A DNA stretch of 64,000 nucleotides from Klebsormidium nitens (taxonomy: Eukaryota; Plantae; Klebsormidiophyceae), in assembly GCA_000708835.1 (NCBI GenBank), contig DF237095.1:62001-126000 (forward strand), read 5' to 3'. Both the position numbers and the translations under genes were made by a program. Below are positions 12,116 to 21,500 of this stretch, in pieces. Numbering within the stretch: the first letter of the stretch is position 1; the number at the start of each line of letters is the position of its first letter. Under the pieces are notes generated by a model that saw only the letters and a program-made list of their open reading frames with translations, ran no database searches and had not been told where the DNA came from.

Positions 12116-15100
12116 ATGGGGTTTGATCGTAGCATGCCGCTCTTTCTTGCGGGACTGCTGCTGCTGTCGTTCACTTGTGTTCGGGTGGAGGGTCAGGTGA
12201 GGTCCGACTCCTAGGAAGGAACCAAGTCCGAACGTTTTCTTTTGTGAAGGAACCAAGTCCCATCGTTTTCTTTTGTGGAGGAACCAAGTCTGGACGTTTT
12301 CATCTGTGAAGAATAAGATCGACTTGCACGGCACGTCCCGCAGGCTTTGATCTCGGATGTGCCCACAGCCCTTGCTTTCCACTTCAAGCAGGGATGCTAA
12401 ACGTTTTTAGAAGATCCAACCATGCATATGATTGGCTTGATGAGAAAGCAAAAGGACTAGAGCTGACGGCTTGACCGCTTTCGTACTTGACGAGAAGCAT
12501 CGCTTTAAGATTCAACCTGATACTGGACACAAAGCGGAGAGTGTGAGCTGAAATAGCTCCAAATAGTGCATCAGAGGTAGCCTTAACTTAAAGAACCTCT
12601 CGAAAAAGAAAGGCTTGAAAGCGATGGCCAGCCGCGGCAAACCCCCTGCAGCTGTTTTCCAAGGGTCAAGAGTCGGCCATTCTTCTGGCATTAATCCGCA
12701 ACCTGCCGCAACCTTTGTTTCGTAAAAGGTTATCTCATTCTTTTGAATTATCTTCAATGTAGACCATTCAATAAATAAAAGCGCTTTCTGTCCCGTCATC
12801 AGAAAAAAAGTCTCTCATGAGTCCATCGCGATCGGGGAGTTTGCAAATCAAGCGTTGACTTTGCGGTCACTTGAGTATGCGCGCCAGAAGCGTAGTGTCT
12901 AACAAAGGCGCTTCGAGCAACCTCTCTTGTCAGACTCCGGCGCCGACCCCCACCGGAACCATCCCAACCGGAACAATCCCGACCCCCAGCGGAACCATCC
13001 CGACCCCCAGCGGGACCCCCACCGGAACCATCCCGACCCCCAGCGGAACCATCCCGACCATCACGCCCATCACGGCCAACGTTGGGAACGTCAGCTGCAC
13101 CGCTGCTGACGTCACTATCGGCCCGCAGAACGTGGGCGCGTTCGTGCAGCAGGGCCGCTCGCGTTTCACGCCGTACAATTTCACGCTCACCAATAACTGC
13201 GGGTCGCCTGGGAACCTGACACGTGTCACGCTCGCGGTGTCGCCCGTTTTCCCGTACACGTTCCCCTGGAGCCCCTTCGGCTGCTTCCTCATTGGCGGAG
13301 TATGCCAGACGTTCCAGAACGTCTACTCTCAGCAACTCGCTCAACTGGGCCAGTAAGTGTTCGCTTCGTCTTTTTGAGTCTGATGTACATGTGACGAGCT
13401 GAGTTTGCCTTATAGAAGCATGAGACTACGTTAGAACAAAGGAGCTTGTGTATGATGGTGGGCTGGTTTTGGGATGGTTAGAAAACGGTTCTGTCCATCA
13501 GTCAGCCTTAACACGGTAAGAGAGCCCGCTCATCTGTTCCATAACCGGAGACTCAAGTCTGGTGATCAGCCTGGTTAGCAGCCAAAAGTTCCTCTGAGTG
13601 TTCGGTTCGTCTTCTGTTGTGACCAAAAGACGTGTAAAGAGGGTTGCCTAATGGAGCATACGACTACTTTAAAAGTCGATTGTCTGTCAGCACCTTGAGC
13701 CAGTGAGCGTCTGCCCCTGGTTTGCGTGTGGATTTCGGCTCCGTTCTTTTCAACCCTGTGCGCGCTCAAATACAGTTGGCTGCTTCTTTTGAACGGGGTA
13801 TGCAATGCCGCTGTTCGAGAATGTGCTGTCGCAGCATCTCAGCCCATAATGCTCGCTTCCCATTCCGTTCACTTTCCTTCGGTTTCTGTTTCGTTTTCCG
13901 TTCCATTTTACTTTTCGATGATCGCGACGCTGAACGAAGACGAAGGTTTGCGGACAAAAGCTCCGGACCTCGAGAAGATGACGTGGAGTGACGTCACCTG
14001 ACAGTTGCTCGTGACGCTCCTCCCAGACTACACTATAAAGCAGCATAAGCTAGAAGCATGTGATAGCATTCCAAATTTCACACTAGCACATGATTCTTCT
14101 CGATTTGTACGGCACGAGATGTTCCGTTCTGCCTTCCTGTCCTCAATTGATAACTAAGTGATTCTCATGTGCATCATAAAGAAGGCTGACTCGGAAGGAA
14201 TTGACAAGAGAAGAAGTTGACAGCCCTTCTCCTTTGCCTACCTTTCCTCGCCTGAAGAATGAAAAACTCTAAACGAGATTTATAGTGCGGACGGAAGCTC
14301 TAGATTTCGAAAAGCTGACGTCACGTCGTGACGTCACCTGACAGGTGCTCACAAGTATTCGTCAATGGGACCTACGCGTATACGCCGCCGGGCCCCGTCA
14401 ACTGCACCATTGGGGTCGCCCAGATCCCCGGGGGTCTGGCCCCGGGGCAAAGCTTCCCAATCCTCTTCAACGTCGCCAACAACCTGACGGGCCGGATCGT
14501 TTTCAACTTCCAAGTTGCCTCCGCTACCTTCGCCCCCACCGGTAAGTTCTCAATTCGCAGTTCACATTCGGGATTTTGTGTTAAGCAAGATCCGTTCACG
14601 AAGGTGTGTGGTTCGGTTAAGTGCTCTTAACGAAGGGTACGTGGTTCAGCTCTCGTTCGATGCCCTTGACCAGCTAATCGTGGTTAAGAGCAAAAGCTAC
14701 TGAAATCACCGGTAGTCCAGCGCTTTCGGCCTTCAACAAGCACTCAAATGAATAGCTTGAGCAGATGGGATTAACTTGAGCAGACGGGTCGTCGCATCAA
14801 TGAGGGTAAATTTTTTTGGAATCCGATGGAGGGCTCATCGTGGTCGAGGAACGCTCCGCAGCTATCATCTTTGCATCTTCATTTGCCCGCAGAGCTTGAA
14901 TTACAGGAATTCCTGCCAATGGGCTTCTTTCTGAACGATGTAAACGCCCGCTGCAGGGCCGCTCACGACACCGCCACCAGCTACCACCATCCCGGTCACT
15001 ACACCCCCGGCGACAACCGCCCCGGTGACTACCGCCCCGGCGACGACCGCCCCGGCCACTACTGCCCCAGCGACGACCGCCCCGGTGACTACCGCCCCGG

Positions 15101-15381
15101 TTACCACCGCCCCGGTTACTACTGCCCCGGCGACAACCGCCCCGGCCACTACCGCCCCGGCCACGACGGCGCCGGCGACCACTGCGCCAACCACGACTGC
15201 GCCGGCGACCACTGCCCCGGCCCCTACTGCGCCGGCCACAAGTGCCCCTGCAACGACTGCGCCGGCCACGACTGTTCCGGCCACGACTGTTCCGGCCACG
15301 ACTATTGCGCCCACCACTGGGCCAGCAACAATTGCCCCGGCGACTACGTCCGCCCCGGCCACGACCGGCGTCTTTTTCTGA
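12116..15381 (+). CDS. Secreted chimeric AGP/mucin-like protein, gene 3 (paralogue of gene 2) with a long TTAPA/TTAPV tail
   Basis: Exons 12116-12196 (MGFDRSMPLFLAGLLLLSFTCVRVEGQ), 12934-13352, 14345-14541 and 14957-15381 (...TTSAPATTGVFF*). All GT-AG and in frame. Confidence 0.85.
12219..12310. repeat. ~31 bp tandem repeat x3 in intron 1 of gene 3
   Basis: ggaaccaagtc...cgttttcttttgtg(a/g)a repeated; a single diverged copy lies at ~6721 in gene 2. Confidence 0.7.
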
Positions 15382-16317
15382 AAAGGCGCCCAAAATCGTC
15401 TGATTGAAGAACGTAGCCAAGTCACGATCTGAATTCAACCGGCGTTTGAATGACAATTAACACCGCAGACTAGCTTTGGCAAAACAGGTTCATCTGTGAG
15501 TCGCCGTAGCATTTCTGAGGGAGCTCTCTAGCTCGGATAGTTTTTGCACGGTTGTACATAGGCGTCGAGTGGACATCAAACGCATAGAGAGGATATGGCT
15601 CCTAGACGTTTACTGACCATTTGAGAGGCTTGCTTGTCACTCCAACAGGACCACAAATATAGCATCACAAGTCAGTTGGATAAGTGCGTTTCCATTAGTA
15701 GACCAATGTTCTATTTGATATTTGGGCCTTATCTGTTGCGTCGGAAAAATTCTGTGAGGGGACGGTTTACAAGAAGCTCCTCGCGACCTTCGAAGCCAGA
15801 CCATGTTGAACAAGGAAGAAAGTCTTGCGAACGTGCTGATTTGATTCTTCAATTTACTGGTATAAGTTTTGATACGCCACAGCAGTAGTACTTGCTTTCG
15901 GACTCTGATCCTGGTATACATGTCGTGACCTGCACTTGTGCTTAGAGAGAACGTACTGGAAATTCTTAGCATCTTCTCTCCCGTGAAACTGCTAACTACA
16001 TTCATGGTGAAAGCCTCTTATGGGGAGCCGGCGGCGAGCGCTTTTACCGTGGAAGCGCGCAGCTGCTGGGCGGCTTCTCTTGATGATCAGATCCGTTTAT
16101 TGAAGCTGCAATTGACGCAATTAACACGACTTCATAAGAACTGCACTCGGCAGTAGAATCTGGCGCCCCTGCATTCAACATATTTCAGGAGGACGTGCGC
16201 GGCCGTGGCTTGATCAACGCGGCCGCGACGGGCGTCGAGTGTGTCCGATTGGACCGTTCGGACACCGACAGTTACTCCGGCCGGTTGCCAGGGTCCGACC
16301 GTCCATTCCTCATCAGC

Positions 16318-17036
16318 CAACCCAGCCTCACAGATTTTATGAGGAATCTCTCATATTACCTAAGGCCGGCAATCGGCAAATAAGTCATAAGTCAATGACG
16401 AAACTTCCAGTTCGGTTGGAGAATCTGCTCAGAGCTTATGGTGAATTTGAATCCCCGGACGGTTGTCACAGGGAAGTACCGGGCAAACTAAAAACCTAGG
16501 ATAATGTGACCGCCACACCCTAATGTCACTGGGAGGTGCCCGGTTGTCACCCGGTTGCCCGCGAGACCCTAATGTCACAGGGAGGGCCCGGTTGCTCTCC
16601 GGGTAGTGTGCGAGACCCTAATGCTAGTGGACTTGCAGTTTTGGTGGCACCCGGGGCAAGCCGTCGCGGAGCGCCACCCCACCCCCTCCAAGAAGGGGCG
16701 CCGCCCTTATGTACTGCAATCCACACGGTCGCGGCGAGCAATTCTTTGTGGGTCAAACGGTCGCTTCGGCCGTCCTGCACGGTCGATATTAAGCCGTGCA
16801 CAGTCGATCGGACGGTGCAGATACCTCGCTGTGGATATGTTGCTGAGCCCGGGGCCCGCCGGGCGACAGCACACCGGGTAGCACATATCCGCGCCGCAGC
16901 ACCCTGATTCTTCATACACCCTTTTCAATTTTCTCATACCAGTATGGAAGTTTCGTCATTGACTTATGGCAATATTACCATTTTCCGGACTTGGGTCATA
17001 TGAGAGATTCCTCATAAAATCTGTGAGGCTGGGTTG
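16318..17036. mobile_element. Non-autonomous DNA transposon (MITE), 719 bp, with a 7 bp target-site duplication
   Basis: The first 39 bp of the TIRs are a perfect inverted match (caacccagcctcacagattttatgaggaatctctcatat). Imperfect pairing continues to ~100+ bp and includes a second perfect 24 bp block (cataagtcaatgacgaaacttcca). Direct repeat catcagc at 16311-16317 and 17037-17043. No transposase ORF; ~50 bp internal tandem repeats at 16518-16630. Confidence 0.88.
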
Positions 17037-18503
17037 CATCAGCGGCCGCGCTGCGTCGGGCGCGCCGCGGCCAGTGTCCTTGCCGCGAAAACCTCGAAAC
17101 CCTGGGGCATGCGATTAATGCGCGCGGCCGCGGCCCGGCCAGGAATACTGCATGCGCGCCTGATCAAGAATCAAGAGCCAGCTGATCTTTACAGCGCAAG
17201 TCCGCTGCATGTGCAGGTAAGAAGCATGGCGAATCTGAAAGCGCCGCCGGGGTGTGGTTTGTTGATTACATTTATGGTTATTGGAGCAACACTGGCCAAT
17301 GGAAGAGAGGCGGCCAATATCACTGTCCAGGTGGTCATCGCTTATGTGGAGGTGGATGGGAACACGAGCTAACTGCCTGATCGGGGTCCACTTATGCATT
17401 TCTCCGCGGAAATACAAGCTAATTAGTATGCCATGCCCATGGAATCCGATACGCCAGTACCACGTCCGATGACGCCCAGAGATGAGGCAGCATCGTCATG
17501 GATCAAAGCTTTTGACTGCATCAAACCCAACCCGCTTTTAAGCTTTCAAACCATCACGGCGGCACTTCCAAATGGTCAGACAGGGATGCCCATTCTAAAA
17601 GTCACAATCTGGACGGCGCCTGATCAGGAGAGTACGTTGCAATGTGAAAATGGATCTGTCTTCTCAGCGCTTTGGAACATACATCCAAGTTCCCAAGAAG
17701 CTGGCCCCGCACGGCCATGATGGCACTTCGATTTCAATGCATGATGCAGTAAAAATCGCGTACAGCTGTATTAATGTGACCAAGAAAAGAGAGCCTTCGG
17801 ATGCCAGCTAAGAACCGCCGGCACCCCAATGGTTCATGGTTCAGAATCATGTAGACGGTGTCTGAGAAGAGCTCCTGTGAATTATGCACTATATCGAGCA
17901 GTCCTGCATAATGCAACGCAGAACGAAACCGCAGAAGTAAATACGCGTTGCTGTCACGCAGGGGGAGTTCCTCAGCCGACGTCGGAATCACGCGGGTCAG
18001 CGGGTCCGTCATGTCGAAATCAAACCTCGAACCACTTCCGCACTACGGGGTACAAAACTCCACTGGTAAAGGCCCCCCCTGGCTGGAAGAGCTATAATGC
18101 GACGACTTCGCTACATGATCCCATAGTGTCGACACCAAGCATAACCGGGGTCCAGAATTCAGATCGGCCAGCTCAACCACTCTCTGTCCGGGCCTAGGTC
18201 AAAATCTCCTCCATGCGGAGTAATATTTGCACTAGGAGAGCACACAGACTAGTTATTTCGGCGTCCTCGAAGCCCTGAGGACTACTCTGGTACCTTGATC
18301 AGACCCTTTCAATTTGACTAGACCACCTTCACTTGCCAGCACCCTTCCTCACAAATTCATTATAAAGGCCGTAAGCCATCCACCCCACCATTAAAATCCA
18401 ATCATCAACCTTCCAATTCCGCCTCGATCACTCCTTTCCCTTCAGCCCTAGCCGTCGCTCTCTCTGGGCTCTCTCTTCAGCACATCCAGCTTGCAGCAAC
18501 GAT

Positions 18504-21500
18504 ATGGCTCCACTGTTCCGCCGCTCCGTTCTGCTGAGGGGCGTCACTTTCCTGCTGTTCCTGAGCTCAGTGGTCGCCCGCTCAAACCCCACCCTGGACC
18601 GCGCGCCTGAGTTGGATGGTGCCCTCCAATCTACTTTGGGCAATCATCTGAGCCACTCCAGGGAGCTTCTACAGGAAGCTGGCGGTGAGCAACTATCAGA
18701 TTCAAAGGTCCTGCGTGCTTGTTACCGTCTTCTTATGCTCGCTTGATTTTTTGAAAAGCTCTTGTTTTGTTTTGCGCCCACAAGAAAATTAGTTGGGTCT
18801 GGTTGAATGGCTGGTTCACTCAAAAAGCAGCTGGCCATGAAGCTTATCTAACAGGACGAGATCCGTTCTTCGCGAGTGTATCAGGAGTGGGCCTAAGCCT
18901 TCTGCTCAGATGGAGTGGGGACGGTCCCCCTTGAGGTCTGCTTTGTTGGCTTTGTTACAAAATAGCGACACTCGATCGTGACTTCAAAGGATATCCGATA
19001 TTGTGACTTTTGTCCCGACTGCTTGGAACTATGAATACTTCCAGCTCGGAAAAAGAACAGTTTTCAAGCATGGCTGAAAACTAGACGCTTGCGACAATGA
19101 CTTACAACTTTTTTTCAATCCCAGCTTGCCCCCAATCTGCTTGCAAACGGCAGCTTCTTCTCATGTGGAAAGAAAGAGGACTCTGCTTTCGGGAACATAG
19201 AAAAACCGGTCCTCATTCACAAGCCAAAACCGCGCATGCAGCTTGCTCAGATTGCCTTGCGCAACTGGCAGAGTCTTTTGTGTAGAGCAAGAAGGCCCCC
19301 GGCGGCTTACGGAGGCGCACTGAAAATGTAAATTCTAGGTTCATTAGCAGAAAAGAGCACTGATCAGAAATCGTTCATTTGTCATAGGATCCTTGTCTTT
19401 CCAACTCAATGATGCGTGGATTTTTTGCGATCTCATTCGTTGATACTTCCGTCGATCACTGCAATGGTCCATCTCATCGATCTTTTGTAGATGAACAGCT
19501 CAACAAGCTCAGTGGGCAGTGCACAACTTAATCTAATCAGAATTATTCTTAATCTTCATCCTAATCTTAACCTTAATCTTAACACTTAATCTTTCCCTTC
19601 AGATCCCTTCCCCAGTGTAACGGCGCTGGTCTATCTCGTCAACGACTGCGCCTCCCCAATCATTGTCTCCTTTGCGAGCAATCAGAGCAACGGCAACTTT
19701 TGGCGCATCGTCCGGCCGGAGATGGGCGATTCGCTGGAGCCAGCGCCTTGGCAGCTCGACTTGGCGCCCGGGGGGACCCAAAACAACCTGCTGCTGGTCA
19801 ACACCTCCCCAAAACCGACGGTGAGTTCTGCATTTATTTGCATCAAACTTGGTGCCAGGTATTTGGTTCGGAGCCTGCTTGACGATCGTATTTTGTGGGA
19901 CTTCCCTGAGAGAATCATCGTACGGTCCAAGACTGACATTGGAGCTTGACCTGGTTCAGCAGTAAAGCTGTTGTACAGTTTTCCTATGCAGTCGAGAATC
20001 GCTCGTTCACCCGTTTGAGAATGTAATCCTGCTGAGAGATTGAAGCGGTGCCGTTCTGGTTCCCTACCAAGAGCCGCGAGCTGGGTTTGGTCTTCTCTCG
20101 GAATACCTGATGTCATCAGTTTTGTGTCTTTTCCAGCCACAATTGCAGTGATTTATTTGTGCTCGTAGGCTTTAGAACCGTTCTTAAGAACCGTTAAGGA
20201 GGATTCTCCTTGGCTGTCGACGCAGGATTGCTAGTTTCAAGTTCAAGACGTTGATAATCTCTTGCAAGTAAAACATGTTGAAAGGTCATTCTCGCCGGAA
20301 ACCCCCGTGGGTGCGGAAGTCCTGTCCTGTCCCATTGTTCGTGGTAGCCATTCAATTTGCGACGTCGATGTTACTTTCCCCTGAAAATTCCATGTCTTCC
20401 GCGATCTGCATTCAACATCACGCTGCCCACCGAACGTCTCCCCCTTCATCTCTTGAGTTGCCCCCCACCTTCCCCGAAAAGAGCGCATGTATAGTCGCTT
20501 GAAGTCGAAATCCTGAAACAGTAACTTATTTGCACAGCGTAGACAGCTGCATTGCTTACTGTTCTCCTCCGCATCTCACAGGGAGTCCCGCGCTTCGGGA
20601 CCATTGTCGCGGTCTTCGCCGAAGTCGATCTGCCCAGCTTCCCTCCGCCCAACATCGACGGATTTCCGTTCGGCTTCGACGGAATCGCCATCACCAGCTA
20701 CAGCGACTCCTTCATCAACACCCTCCCGGGCGGCCCCGGGTTCCTCACCTTCACAACCAGGAGCGCGACCGAACGACCCGAGCAACATTTTCGTGACGAT
20801 CACTTGTGGCCCTCCGCAAGCGCCCGGGACAACGGCCCCGGCCGTCCCCCCGGTCACGACCCCCCCGGTCACGACTCCCCCGGTCACGACTCCCCCGGTT
20901 ACAACTCCCCCGGTGACAATTACCCCGGTGACCACTCGCCCGGTCACTACTCCCCCGGTCACTACTCCCCCGGTCACTACTCCCCCGGTCACGATCCCGC
21001 CCGCGACAACTCCCCCTGCCACCCCGTTCCCCAGCGTAACGGCGCTGGTCTATCTCGAGAACGACTGCGCCTCTCCGATCATCGTCTCCTTTGCGAGCAA
21101 TCAGAGCAACGGAAACTTTTGGCGCATTGTCCGACCGGAGATGGGCGGGGAGTCTCTGGAGCCGGCGCCCTGGCAGCTCGACCTAGCGCCCGGGGGGACC
21201 CAAAACAACCTGCTGCTGGTCAATACTTCCCCAAACCCGACGGTGAGTTCTGCAGTTGGTTGCGTCGAATCCTGGCACCTGTTTTCTGATCCCTGAGGCT
21301 GAGACCTGATCTCAGAGCGTACTGCAGTCCTCTTTGAAGGTACCAACATACGGGTAAAGATCAAGAACCAAAGTTTGATTTTCAGAAGCTTGCATGTTTG
21401 AAGCAAAGAGCTGTTGTTCTCCCGTTCTGCTCGTTTTCCCTGTCTCGAATTGAGACATGCTACGAGTTGAAGCCTCGCCGTTCTTTTAAAAGTTTCCGCG

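Larger units (their letters stand above)
10885..15780 (+). repeat. Segmental duplication, copy 2 (upstream region, gene 3 and 3' flank)
   Basis: Colinear with 5430-10290. Confidence 0.8.

Noticed and set aside
19525-19595. (CTTAAT/CTTAAC)n degenerate hexamer run before an acceptor
   Set aside because: It is not the TTAGGG/TTTAGGG telomere motif. It is a short intronic microsatellite whose units happen to resemble branch points.
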